Virus record (IMG/VR): IMGVR_UViG_2920551333_000002
Location: 35,128 to 99,127 of that record
DNA from: a virus
Taxonomy: Duplodnaviria > Caudoviricetes
DNA: 64,000 bases
Direction: 5' to 3' (one strand)
Shown piece after piece: positions 18,760-28,113 of the stretch; positions within the stretch are counted from its first letter, which is position 1, and every line of letters starts with the position of its first letter. The notes beneath the pieces were generated by a model. That model had not been told where the DNA came from, did no database searches, and was given only the letters and a program-made list of their open reading frames with translations. A program made the translations under genes and the position numbers.

Positions 18760-19238
18760 GGAGTGGCCACCGGGTTCTCGATCTCGATCGGTGCACCCTG
18801 CCCGAGGAGGGTGAAGTTGAAGGGCTCCAAGTCGGTGACCGACCCGCCCTTGGTGAACTCGCTGACGGTGCAGACGCCCCGGTAGGCGTCCGGCGCGCCG
18901 TCCCGGCGGTACCACCTGACCGGGATGTTCGCGCCGAAGCCCACCTTCCGGGCGGCCTGCCGGATGGCTTCCTGACCCGGGTCGGCGGTGAACACCGCGG
19001 CGTCGGTCCGCTTGCGGCGGCCTTCGGCCTCGATCTGCCAGGTCCGGCCGGTCACGACCGAGGAACCCCAGCCCTCTTCGTCGTCGAAGTCGCCGTCGTC
19101 CTCCGTGTTATCGTCCGTGGTCTCCTGGAAGCTGGTGAGGCCCCGCACGGGGAGCCACGTAGGGTTCTCCAGGTCGGGCCCAGTGCCGACGTCGAGCTTC
19201 CAGTCCTTCGCGAGCAGGGAACGCAGCCCCATGATCAC
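18756..19238 (-). CDS. Major tail (tube) protein
   Basis: 160 aa, acidic; W.PVRGLT, D.GQE, F.FTLLGQG; RBS AAGGAG. Confidence 0.85.
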   Translation of the reverse strand: MIMGLRSLLAKDWKLDVGTGPDLENPTWLPVRGLTSFQETTDDNTEDDGDFDDEEGWGSSVVTGRTWQIEAEGRRKRTDAAVFTADPGQEAIRQAARKVGFGANIPVRWYRRDGAPDAYRGVCTVSEFTKGGSVTDLEPFNFTLLGQGAPIEIENPVATP

Positions 19239-19261
19239 TCCTTAAATGGGCATGCAAAAGC

Positions 19262-19285
19262 GCTGAAAGCGGAACCGCTTTCAGC
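19262..19285. promoter_or_regulatory. Dispersed 24-bp inverted-repeat motif copy
   Basis: GCTGAAAGCGGAACCGCTTTCAGC (11-bp perfect arms), intergenic upstream of the major tail gene. Confidence 0.75.
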
Positions 19286-19297
19286 AGATGCGTCAGG

Positions 19298-19741
19298 TCA
19301 GCCGCGATGCGGCGACGGGCGATGAGCCATCAGGTCGAAAGAGTCCGCCCGCTCCCACCGGCCCGAGCTGTCGCGGCCGAGCGGAGCGACCAGCGTGCGG
19401 CGCGCGAGCAGCACGTGCACGCCCGTCGAGAGCGTGTGATTGGCCAGGCCGTGGATCGCGTCGAACACGTCGTCCGCGAGATCATCCACCAGCCGTGGGT
19501 CCGTCTTGGCGCGGAATCGGGCCTGCATCTGCACGGCCGAGTCCGGCTGCTCAACGTCGTCACCGTCCTGGCCCACGCCGTAAACCGCCAGCGCAATCGC
19601 GGTGTCCGGCTTGGCCGGAAGACCACCTATGGTGATCGCCGTCTGCTCGTCGGCGTAGATGCCGTTCGGGTTCCAGTCGGCTACGCCGGCCTCGCCGAGC
19701 AGGACCGCGAACCCGGTCAGCAGGTCGCGTGTCCAGCTCAC
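19298..19741 (-). CDS. Tail terminator / minor capsid family protein
   Basis: Position before the major tail gene; PLGRD..GRWE motif. Confidence 0.75.
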   Translation of the reverse strand: MSWTRDLLTGFAVLLGEAGVADWNPNGIYADEQTAITIGGLPAKPDTAIALAVYGVGQDGDDVEQPDSAVQMQARFRAKTDPRLVDDLADDVFDAIHGLANHTLSTGVHVLLARRTLVAPLGRDSSGRWERADSFDLMAHRPSPHRG

Positions 19742-20091
19742 TTCAGCACCTCGCGGATCGGCTTGGCGATCAGCAGCTTGACCACCTCCGCCTCCTCCCG
19801 GACTGCGCGCTCCAAGAACTTCGGCGTCCGGCCTTCCTTGTGGTGGAGATACAGATCTTCGTGCTGCACCTTCGCGTAGGGCGTGTTGTAGCGGACGACG
19901 GCGAGCAGGCTCCTGCGTCGAACGAGGGCCTTGCCCGACCGCTCCAGCGCGCCCTTGTCATGGGGGACGCGCTGGTTGGACACCGCCAGCACATGCTCAG
20001 CAGCTAGCCGCAGTCCATCGGCGGCTGCGTTCCGGATCAGCTCGGTGATCTCTTCCTCGCTGATTCGCGAGTTGAAGTCGGCGTTGGCCAT
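19738..20091 (-). CDS. Neck/tail completion protein (HK97 gp10-like)
   Basis: VP.D.G.LERS, YNTPYA..QHE and KFLE motifs. Confidence 0.8.
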   Translation of the reverse strand: MANADFNSRISEEEITELIRNAAADGLRLAAEHVLAVSNQRVPHDKGALERSGKALVRRRSLLAVVRYNTPYAKVQHEDLYLHHKEGRTPKFLERAVREEAEVVKLLIAKPIREVLK

Positions 20092-20402
20092 CAGCGGCAC
20101 ACCACCTCAACGTGATCCGGCGTCGGCAGCCCGCCGCCGTCGCGGGAGAAGGACGTGATGACGGTGGTCTGCCGTCCGTTGACGGTGACCCTGCTCCCTT
20201 CCGGGCAGATGGTGCCCGGTGGGAGAAACACGGTCGTGTCGGAGACAACCTCGGCCCCTTGGGCGTCCCTGACCAGCCTGCGCTCGTCGTCCACGAGGCA
20301 GCGGGACTCGAACGCCGGCCCGAACACCGGCCCGTACGCGCCATCCCCCTGAAACGGTTCGATGGTCGCCTTGTGACGCAGCAGCCACTCGGGCAGCATC
20401 AC
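20091..20402 (-). CDS. Head-tail joining (stopper) protein
   Basis: LVRD..G.EVVS motif; synteny. Confidence 0.75.
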   Translation of the reverse strand: MMLPEWLLRHKATIEPFQGDGAYGPVFGPAFESRCLVDDERRLVRDAQGAEVVSDTTVFLPPGTICPEGSRVTVNGRQTTVITSFSRDGGGLPTPDHVEVVCR

Positions 20403-20788
20403 CACACGCTCCCGTCGAGGATGTAGCCGGGCAGCAGCCCGGCCCGCTGCAGAATCGACGAGGCGTCCGGGGAGTACCGCGGGGGCGGCGCGTCACCGGC
20501 GCCGCCACGTTCCAGCCGGACCGAGCCGATGCTGACCGATTTGAACGCTGCGGCTACGCCGAACTCGTCGCCCACGGCGATCGTCCACGCGACCTGCGCG
20601 CACGTCGCCCGCTTCATCGCCGCAGCGTCCTCGGGCCGGGTCGGCAGGCCGGCGTCGTCGGTCGGGTAGATCGAGGCGAACAGCAACTCGTCGACCCGCT
20701 CCGACGCGCGCTCCAGCCGCCGCTCGATGTCGTCGGGCGCGGCCTGGCCCGTGTATGCCGTGTAGTCGGCGGCGTTCGCGTACGCCAT
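20399..20788 (-). CDS. Head-tail adaptor
   Basis: YA..ADY, L.RAS..VD, A.CAQV, SVSIGSV. Confidence 0.8.
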   Translation of the reverse strand: MAYANAADYTAYTGQAAPDDIERRLERASERVDELLFASIYPTDDAGLPTRPEDAAAMKRATCAQVAWTIAVGDEFGVAAAFKSVSIGSVRLERGGAGDAPPPRYSPDASSILQRAGLLPGYILDGSVW

Positions 20789-20790
20789 AG

Positions 20791-21135
20791 CTACACCGGC
20801 AGTTCGAGAACCACGACCGACACGCCGACCGGGTCGGAGTAGTCGATGTAGACCTTGCCGTTGGTCTGCCGGTAGATCGGCTTGAATGCGGGGATCAGCA
20901 CGTCACCCGTGTTCGCTGGGATGACGTAAGGCTTGTCCACGATGTCCTGGCCGTCCACGGTCGCCGGGATCTGCACCGTCACCGTGCGCGCCGACGCATT
21001 GGTGTTCTTCACCCGCAGCATCCGCCGCTCCGAGTGGACGAACATGTGCCCGTCCGCGATGGCCGGCGTGAGCGCGGTGGTGAGGTCCAGTCCCGTGCGC
21101 GGCACGGGGACGGCAGTCAGGTCAGTCCTCGCCAT
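20791..21135 (-). CDS. Virion structural protein (possible decoration)
   Basis: Beta-rich 114 aa between capsid and adaptor genes. Confidence 0.65.
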   Translation of the reverse strand: MARTDLTAVPVPRTGLDLTTALTPAIADGHMFVHSERRMLRVKNTNASARTVTVQIPATVDGQDIVDKPYVIPANTGDVLIPAFKPIYRQTNGKVYIDYSDPVGVSVVVLELPV

Positions 21136-21400
21136 TGGGTTCTCCCCCGAATTCCTCGATGAGCGCGGCCTTGCTCAGCGACTTGGCGTCGGCTTCGGGC
21201 ATGCCGCAGGCGACCGCGTACTCGACCCACACGGCCTTGATGTCGTGATCGGACGGGCGGCCCAGCCCAGCCGGGCCGGGCTCGTCGGCGGGCTCAGGCC
21301 CGCCGACGATGCTCCAGTTGTCCAACATGTCCAGGCAGGGGTCCCGCTGTTCGAGCGGGACCACCTGCCCGGTGTTGGAGTTGCGGTAGACGAACGTCAC
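21122..21400 (-). CDS. Hypothetical protein after the major capsid gene
   Basis: C-terminal K..WVEYA...SKAALI (HeH-like) motif. Confidence 0.65.
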   Translation of the reverse strand: MTFVYRNSNTGQVVPLEQRDPCLDMLDNWSIVGGPEPADEPGPAGLGRPSDHDIKAVWVEYAVACGMPEADAKSLSKAALIEEFGGEPNGED

Positions 21401-22338
21401 GCCGCCTGCACCCCGTGGATGAGGACGGCCCGGTGGGGGTCGAGCGTCTTGACGCCGTAGAGGCAGTCCACGCTGACGATGTCTTGCTTCTTCGAGATGT
21501 CGTAGTCCATCACCACGCGGACGCCGAACCCCTTGTAGCTCTCCACCGCGGCGTTGGCCGCGCCCTGCGGGAGGACGAGAGGCCTGGTCACGAGGGCGAA
21601 CGCGGTCCTGTGGAAGCCCACGCCGATCTCGGTGTTCGGCTGACCCACCGGCGGCGCCGCGGTCGGGGCATCGATGTTCTGGGTCTGGAAGGCATCGAAC
21701 CCGAACACGCGCCTGCCCAGGCTCGCCTCACGCAGACCGTCCGTCGTGCCCGACGTGTCAGCCTGGTGGAACAGCGGGTCCGACAGCCACTTCGCCTCGA
21801 TCTCCGGGCCGACCACCAGGTGACGGTCCGCCGCCGGGACGTTGCGCTGGTTCAGCACGCGCCTGGCGTCGATGGCCGTCTTCGGGTCGTCGTACGGGTG
21901 GATCGCGTTGCCGGTCACGCCCGTGATCGGCGCGTTCGCCACGCCGACGCGCTGCACGATGTCGGCGCGCAGCGACAGGATGTCCCGGTCGATCTTCTGG
22001 CTGATCGCCTCCATCGCGGGGTTGAGGAGCTGCGTGCCGAAGTCCTCGATCTCCAGCGTGAGCTCTTCCGACGTCACGCTGAAGCTGACGTCGGCGAAGT
22101 GGTTCAGCGTGATCGGCACGCTGCCCTCGGACGCGTTCTGGATCTGGATGCCGGTCGCGCGATCGAACTCGTTCGCCGTGAAGACGGCCGGCTTCCGCAC
22201 GGAGATCGTGTCGCCGACGCGAGAGACGAACTCCTCCTCATAGTCGCGGTGGACGAGCTGCGCCATGACACAGGTCTCGTACAGCGTGGCCAGCGCCGCC
22301 TTGGCGATGATCGACGGGGTCAGAAAAGTGTTAGCCAT
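21397..22338 (-). CDS. Major capsid protein (P22 coat-like family)
   Basis: MANTFLTP..IA, V.RDY..EF..GDTI.VRKP, D.LYGVK.L.P. Confidence 0.92.
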   Translation of the reverse strand: MANTFLTPSIIAKAALATLYETCVMAQLVHRDYEEEFVSRVGDTISVRKPAVFTANEFDRATGIQIQNASEGSVPITLNHFADVSFSVTSEELTLEIEDFGTQLLNPAMEAISQKIDRDILSLRADIVQRVGVANAPITGVTGNAIHPYDDPKTAIDARRVLNQRNVPAADRHLVVGPEIEAKWLSDPLFHQADTSGTTDGLREASLGRRVFGFDAFQTQNIDAPTAAPPVGQPNTEIGVGFHRTAFALVTRPLVLPQGAANAAVESYKGFGVRVVMDYDISKKQDIVSVDCLYGVKTLDPHRAVLIHGVQAA

Positions 22339-22362
22339 TCGGGCCTTTCAACTCCTTTGGAA

Positions 22363-22386
22363 GCTAAAAGCGACTCCGCTTTCAGC
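22363..22386. promoter_or_regulatory. Dispersed 24-bp inverted-repeat motif copy
   Basis: GCTAAAAGCGACTCCGCTTTCAGC, overlapping the scaffold stop and upstream of the capsid gene. Confidence 0.7.
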
Positions 22387-23215
22387 GGTCAGACGAGGCG
22401 CGCTTCCTACGCAGGGCGCGGAACTCGTCGATGGAGGGCTCGGAACTCGGCGCTCGCTCACCAGGCCCGCCGGTGAACTCACCCCCCGAGCGCGCGGGCG
22501 GCCCCGCCTGGGAAGCCGCCTTGAACTTCGGGTTGTTCTCCACCGCCGTCTGAATGGTCTCGGCCAGGCTGGTGGAGAAGTTGTCGGCGTCCGGGTCCAT
22601 GTCCCGGACCGCCTTCAGAAAAGACCTGGAATCGAGCAGGGCGTCCGGGTCCGCACCGACCTTCTGGCTGGCGCGATGCACCGCGAGCTCGATCAGCGCG
22701 CGGCGGTGCCGCTCACGCTCCTTGTCGCGCTCGGCCGCCGTGGTGTCCCGCTCGGCCGTCAGCGTCTCGATCACCTGCTCGGGCGAAGGCGGCGTCTCCT
22801 CAGCCGCCAGACCCAGGGCCTTGGCGATCTGCTGGGCGAAGTCCGACTTCACCTGGTTGGTGATCTCCTCCTGCGACGGCCCCTGCTGCTTGGTGGCCTC
22901 GTCGGCCGACTTCTGCGCATCGGCCAGCCGGGTACGGTAGTCCCCAGCCTCCTTCCGCGCGTCCTTGATGAGCTTCTGCGCCCACGAAGGAAGTTGGTCC
23001 ACGCGCCGGGCGTCCGGGTTGACCGGCTCGTCGACCGCGGGCTCCTCGGGCGGCGTGACCCCGGTCTCGGCAGGCGAGATCTGCGCATCCTGCTGCTCCG
23101 ACTGGCCTTCGCCGTCCTCGGGTGCGCCACCAGCGATCAGGTAGATCGGGGTGACGCCGTCCTTGCGGTAGCCGAGCAGCGCGCCAGGCGTGGTCGGCAG
23201 GGTGTTTTCGAGCAT
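22382..23215 (-). CDS. Capsid scaffolding protein
   Basis: PIYLIAGGA, LPSWAQK.I..AR.EA, ALLDSRSF; upstream of the capsid gene. Confidence 0.85.
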   Translation of the reverse strand: MLENTLPTTPGALLGYRKDGVTPIYLIAGGAPEDGEGQSEQQDAQISPAETGVTPPEEPAVDEPVNPDARRVDQLPSWAQKLIKDARKEAGDYRTRLADAQKSADEATKQQGPSQEEITNQVKSDFAQQIAKALGLAAEETPPSPEQVIETLTAERDTTAAERDKERERHRRALIELAVHRASQKVGADPDALLDSRSFLKAVRDMDPDADNFSTSLAETIQTAVENNPKFKAASQAGPPARSGGEFTGGPGERAPSSEPSIDEFRALRRKRASSDR

Positions 23216-23290
23216 GACGAGATCGCCCTCCTGGAGCGTGTCGTCGGACAAGGGAAAGGCCCGCGCCAGGCGGGCCTTGAGAGGGGGCGT

Positions 23291-23461
23291 CTACGCGCCC
23301 GCGTTGTATCGCACGTACGTGCGCATCCACAGCAGCCGCAACGCACGCTGCCGAGCATCACCACGCGCCCGGTACGGGCAGGCGGTGACCGGCATGCCGC
23401 GCTCACCGGCCAGACGACCGAACGTGATCGCGGCCCGGCGGTCGGTCTCAGTGATGGTCAT
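23291..23461 (-). CDS. Rmf/CrpP-fold small protein (56 aa)
   Basis: GRLAGERG.PVTACPY...W...Y motif; ATGA overlap with the minor capsid gene. Confidence 0.7.
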   Translation of the reverse strand: MTITETDRRAAITFGRLAGERGMPVTACPYRARGDARQRALRLLWMRTYVRYNAGA

Positions 23462-25935
23462 ACGCCGAACTCCCTCCCGGCGCCGCCCGCGCGGATCTGC
23501 TCGGCCGCCCGCCGGTCGGACTCCCGCCCGAGCCACTGCGCGCGGAACTCTGTGAGTGTCAGCCGCGGGCTGTCCTGCCAGAACCGCAGCAGTTCCTCCG
23601 AGGCGTACTTCCGAGCGCGTGCGCCTGGCCCGGAGAACAGCGACCGCTCGTTGATCCCGGCCGCCCGCCCTTCGGCGTTCAGCATGAACCCGTTCGTGTC
23701 GGCCTCGGCCCGCTCGTACGCCCGGTCGAGCCATTCGGCGTACAAGCGGCGCACCGCCTGGTCGATGTCCTCGCCCGGGCGACGGTCAGCCTCCAGCAGC
23801 GCCCGCCGCTCCTGACGCTCCAGCTCGGCCGGGTCCAGCCCGTGAACCTCGGCGTACGCCTCCATGTAGGAGTAGCGGCCCGACGCGATCAGGTCCGAGA
23901 TCTGCCGGTCGGCGTCGGTCTCTTCCTCGCGCCAGTTCCACGTCCAGACGTCGCGTGTCTCCCGCTCGATGCGGTCCAGCTCGTCCAGCAGGCGGGACAT
24001 GCCGTCGTCGTCGTCCTGGTACCGCTCCATCACCGCCATCACGTCGTCGTCGCTGAGATCGTTGATGTTGTGGATCTCCCTCAGCGCCGCGATCGGGTCG
24101 TCGGCCCTGGCCGGGCTCTGCCGCCGCTTCGGCTCCTCACGCGGCTTGGCCGGCTCGGGGCTCGGGGTCGGCTTCCGCGTGGTGCGGCGGCCACCTCGAA
24201 CCGCCCGAAACAGCGACTTGTAGTAGCCGGGCCGGTGGTCGGGAGTGGCCTCCTCATACCTGTCGGCCGCCTCCATGATCGCCGCCGCGAACGTATCCGG
24301 ATCAGCGTCGCGCCGCTCCTCGTCCCAGACGTCGAAGATCTCACTATCGGACGCCGCCGCCGGGTCGATCCCGTACTTGGACTGGAGCCGAATCCGGATC
24401 CAGGCGGCCAACTGCTCGGTCACCTCGGTCTTGGTCATCCGCTTGTCGGTGCCAGGCTTGACCGGCGGCTTCCACGCCTCCTCCTCCACCTGGCGCGCGG
24501 TCTCCTCGACCTCGGCCGCAGCCTCGTCGCGGCGTTTGACCTCCTGTTCGAGCCGCGCCATAGCCTGCTCGTCGGTGGCGAACTTCGCTGCCTGCTCGGC
24601 GAGCTGCTCGTCGGTCAACGTGTCCAGGTCCCTCGGCGGAGCATCGGCCTTCTCACGCTCCCGCCTGCGACGAAGCGACGTCACCTTCGGCAAGGCCCGA
24701 AGCTGCTCCTCGTACTCGGCCGCCTTCGCCTCAGCCTTCGCCCGAGCTTCATCGTCCTCTGCCTCGGCAGCACGCCGGCGTGCGGCGTTGATCTTCCGCT
24801 GCAGGTCAGATCCCGCCGTCAGCTCCGAAAGCTGCCCCTCGTACTGGGCCACCTTCGCATCGGCCTTCGCCCGAGCGCCATCATCGAGCGCGACCGCTGC
24901 TCGCCGCCGGTGCTCGCGAACCTTGCGTTCGAGATACCGCTGCCGCTGCGCATCCTCGTACGTCGTGTCCGACCGTACGACCGGCGCCGGCTTGGACACG
25001 CCCGGAAGGTAGGCGTTCAGGCTGTGGCCGCAGGACGGGTGCAGCAGCCCCTCCCGCCGCGCCTGCTCGACCACCCCCGCCACCTTCACGAACACCTGCA
25101 CGCCAGTCGCAGGGTTCTCCTCCACGCGCATCCCAGCCGCACCGGACAGCGCCAGCACTTCGCCCTCCCAGGGGGCACACTGCTTGCAGGTGTACGGCAG
25201 CCGGGACACGCTGACGAGGGTGATCCCCGCCTCACGCAGGGTGGACAGGTGCCCATCCACCGCCGCCCGGGCGGTCGCCGTGCGCATCGCCATCTCGACG
25301 TAGGCGGCCATGCTCCACGTGCGGGGCGGCTTCGCCCCGTCGACGAACCCGCTAATGCCCTGCGCAGCGAACTTGTCGAGCGCCCGCTGCGCTGCCTCGT
25401 CCAGAGTCTCTGCACCCACCAGCACCCGACTGGCGGTCTCGGCGACCACGCTGCGGTACATGTAGTCGACGGCACGAAGCGCGCCTTGGCTCACCGCCGC
25501 AACCATCTTGGCCGAGTAGGCGGCCAGCTCGGCGACGCCCTCACCAGCGTTGATGCCCTGCTCCGCGCCGAGATTCTTCGCATCCTGCAGCACCTTGGCC
25601 AGCCGCTTGCGAAGCTTCGCGTCATGGACCTGCAGCACCGCGCCGCGCACCGCGGCGTCCATGCCTTCGGCCCAGGTGTCCAGCACCGCCCGCTGCGCGG
25701 CCGCCTTCGCGGCCGCCTCCAGACGGCGGACGATCGACTCGGCTTCCTTGCGGAGCTGGGTGACCTCGGCGAGCCTCTGATCCGCCCAGTCGGCGCCGTC
25801 GCTGGTGTCGAGGTCCTTGCCGACCCGCGCGGCGATGCGCTCCAGGAGCGCCGTCTCCGCGTCGACGTACATGGCTGCGATGAGCCGCGCCTGCTCCAGC
25901 CCAGCCTCGATCGCCCCGGCTGGAGTGATGGTCAT
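23458..25935 (-). CDS. Minor capsid protein (MuF-like) with long C-terminal extension
   Basis: YVEMAMRT, C..CAPWEG.VL, GLLHPSCGH, QRQRYLER; follows the portal gene. Confidence 0.85.
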   Translation of the reverse strand: MTITPAGAIEAGLEQARLIAAMYVDAETALLERIAARVGKDLDTSDGADWADQRLAEVTQLRKEAESIVRRLEAAAKAAAQRAVLDTWAEGMDAAVRGAVLQVHDAKLRKRLAKVLQDAKNLGAEQGINAGEGVAELAAYSAKMVAAVSQGALRAVDYMYRSVVAETASRVLVGAETLDEAAQRALDKFAAQGISGFVDGAKPPRTWSMAAYVEMAMRTATARAAVDGHLSTLREAGITLVSVSRLPYTCKQCAPWEGEVLALSGAAGMRVEENPATGVQVFVKVAGVVEQARREGLLHPSCGHSLNAYLPGVSKPAPVVRSDTTYEDAQRQRYLERKVREHRRRAAVALDDGARAKADAKVAQYEGQLSELTAGSDLQRKINAARRRAAEAEDDEARAKAEAKAAEYEEQLRALPKVTSLRRRREREKADAPPRDLDTLTDEQLAEQAAKFATDEQAMARLEQEVKRRDEAAAEVEETARQVEEEAWKPPVKPGTDKRMTKTEVTEQLAAWIRIRLQSKYGIDPAAASDSEIFDVWDEERRDADPDTFAAAIMEAADRYEEATPDHRPGYYKSLFRAVRGGRRTTRKPTPSPEPAKPREEPKRRQSPARADDPIAALREIHNINDLSDDDVMAVMERYQDDDDGMSRLLDELDRIERETRDVWTWNWREEETDADRQISDLIASGRYSYMEAYAEVHGLDPAELERQERRALLEADRRPGEDIDQAVRRLYAEWLDRAYERAEADTNGFMLNAEGRAAGINERSLFSGPGARARKYASEELLRFWQDSPRLTLTEFRAQWLGRESDRRAAEQIRAGGAGREFGV

Positions 25936-27509
25936 CAGTCCTCGCCGGTCGCATCAGGGATCCACGTCTCGCCCAGTGTTGCCGGGTCGGGCACGTTCAG
26001 GCCGAGCTCGTCGCGGAGCCGCGTCTTCTCAGCTTCGACCTGGACGTCGTCCCAGTCGGGATGCACCCACCTGATTTTCGTGTCCAGGCTGACGGCTTGG
26101 GCCCGGTTCAGCAGGTCCAGCGTTCGCCCGATCGACTCCGGGTCCGGCATGACGCCGTCCGGCCATTCGACGGTGGCACGCTCAGCCACGACCTTCGTCC
26201 CGAACACAGCATGATCCACTGCCAGCATCGCCTCCGCCAACCAGGCCAAGCGCGGCGTCCAATAGCCGATCTTCCGACCGCGCGTCGAGTACGAGCGGTG
26301 CTTCTCCATGTGGATCTCGGTCGCCGTCTTGGCCTGGCCGTTGCCGCCCTCAGCGAACGACTGCAGCGCGTATCCTGCGCCGCGAACGATCTGCTCCACC
26401 AGGCCTTTCGACGTGTCGGCGTGCTCCTGCACGCGGATGGAGAACTGGCTGAGGGTGATCATGCTGCCGGGGTTCTGCGGCGACGGCAGCATGCCGCCCA
26501 GCGCGCTGTAAATCTCCCGGTCCGGATCCCAAGACGCGGCCTGGCCACGCCCGGCCGTCGTCAGGTACACCTCCGGGACGATGATCCTGGCTTTGCCGAG
26601 CCGCAGGTCACGCATCCAGCTCGTCCACGTCTCGTCCAGGGCGTCCATCAACGGCTCGACACCGGCGTAGTCGCTGCGGCCGACCGCCGTACCCCTGATG
26701 AGCCTGTGCGGCCTCATGTTCGGGACGTAGTCGACCAGCAGGCCACGCCCGTACCCGCTGTCGAACCCGCCGTCTTCGTCCACCAGCGGCGCGAACTCGG
26801 CGGTGGCCGGGTGGTCCTCCAGCGGCATTTGCCTGCCCAGGTGGTCCTCGTCGCCGAGGTACAAGCCATGGAAGACGCGGCCGATCTCGTGCTTCTCCAG
26901 GTGTCGCCACACCTCGCCGGATCGGGCGTCCTCGTGCACGACCCGCCAGAAAGTGACGGCCTTGAGCCGGCCATGGTGGAACTCCGGCACCGCGGCGTCC
27001 GGCGGCAGCGCGTCCACGACCGGGTGATCAGCCATGGTCGTGTCCCAGCCCACCCTGAGGTAGACGCCGCCGTACGCGGCTGCCAGCTCTGCGGCTTCAA
27101 GCAGGCTGCCGTACGCGCCTGCCTCGTGCAGGACGGAGTCGAGCCGCTGCTGTCCCTTCTTGCCCTTCAGCTTCAGAGTGGGCGGCTCGGAAAACAGCAG
27201 GTCAGCCGAGGTGGCGGCGATGTCAGCGGCGAGCGGGATGTGAAGCTTCGTCGCCCGCGACTGCGCGGCCGGGGTCGGCGTCCCCCAGAAGTACCGAACC
27301 ATCCGGCCGAGGTAACCGCCCGCACGAGTGATCGGACGGTCCCAGCCCTTCGGGTCCATGCCCATCCTGGGCTGTGCCTGATTGCCGCCGTACACCTGCG
27401 CCAGCTTGTCCGGGTCACCGGCGTACCAAGCTCCGTGGGTGTCGTAGAGCCGCATCTCCTGACGGATCGCAGGCGGCGGCCACTCCACATTACGATCGGG
27501 AAGCGGCAT
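25935..27509 (-). CDS. Portal protein
   Basis: 524 aa; LH.PLAADIA..SA.LLFSEP, GRSDY, TATEI, HPDWD. Confidence 0.9.
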   Translation of the reverse strand: MPLPDRNVEWPPPAIRQEMRLYDTHGAWYAGDPDKLAQVYGGNQAQPRMGMDPKGWDRPITRAGGYLGRMVRYFWGTPTPAAQSRATKLHIPLAADIAATSADLLFSEPPTLKLKGKKGQQRLDSVLHEAGAYGSLLEAAELAAAYGGVYLRVGWDTTMADHPVVDALPPDAAVPEFHHGRLKAVTFWRVVHEDARSGEVWRHLEKHEIGRVFHGLYLGDEDHLGRQMPLEDHPATAEFAPLVDEDGGFDSGYGRGLLVDYVPNMRPHRLIRGTAVGRSDYAGVEPLMDALDETWTSWMRDLRLGKARIIVPEVYLTTAGRGQAASWDPDREIYSALGGMLPSPQNPGSMITLSQFSIRVQEHADTSKGLVEQIVRGAGYALQSFAEGGNGQAKTATEIHMEKHRSYSTRGRKIGYWTPRLAWLAEAMLAVDHAVFGTKVVAERATVEWPDGVMPDPESIGRTLDLLNRAQAVSLDTKIRWVHPDWDDVQVEAEKTRLRDELGLNVPDPATLGETWIPDATGED

Positions 27510-27533
27510 CGCCCACGCTCCTCATCTGCATGC

Positions 27534-27794
27534 TCATCCAGCAGCCGCCGGCCAGTGCCAGGTGCCGGGCTCGGAACCGGGTGGGATGTTGTGCTCGGGG
27601 AAGCCGCCCGCTGCGCCAGGGGTGAACACCCACAGGTGCACGTGGAAAGCGGAGTCCAGCGGAGGGACTGCGCCCACCTGCACTCCGGCGGGGTCGAGGG
27701 TGTCCACGTCAGCGGTCACGATGGCCGCTCTGATCGCGTGGAGGCCCTGCGTGCCCCGGTAGCGGACGATCCGACCGGTCGTCGGGCGATCCAT
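27534..27794 (-). CDS. Hypothetical protein (PTTGRIVRY...WHWP family)
   Basis: RBS AAGGAG; paralogous motif to 4250..4546. Confidence 0.75.
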   Translation of the reverse strand: MDRPTTGRIVRYRGTQGLHAIRAAIVTADVDTLDPAGVQVGAVPPLDSAFHVHLWVFTPGAAGGFPEHNIPPGSEPGTWHWPAAAG

Positions 27795-27803
27795 GAAGAC
27801 TCC

Positions 27804-28103
27804 TTAGATGACGTCGATCAGCCCGGCGGGAAGGACTGGCTTCTCAAGCTGGGCGGTCACCCGCACCCACGCCTGCCAGGTGCCGTCCGGGCGCGAGGCG
27901 GTACCCCCAGGGCCGAACAGGATCCGCGCCGTCGCGCCCTTGTCGGTCACGGACCCGGGCTTCCACTCGGCGGCGTGCCAGTCCCCTTCAACGGGCTCGG
28001 CCCCCGGCGCGGTGAACGCGATCTCCACCTGCTCCGTCGCCGTCGCGCCGCGCACGAAGATCGGCAGCCACTCTCGCGACAGCGACGAGATCGTCTCTCC
28101 CAA
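27804..28103 (-). CDS. Small beta-rich virion/fibre-associated protein
   Basis: TTG start with AAGGAG RBS; LFGP...G.WQ.WV.VT motif. Confidence 0.65.
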   Translation of the reverse strand: MGETISSLSREWLPIFVRGATATEQVEIAFTAPGAEPVEGDWHAAEWKPGSVTDKGATARILFGPGGTASRPDGTWQAWVRVTAQLEKPVLPAGLIDVI

Positions 28104-28113
28104 GTCGGGCTCC

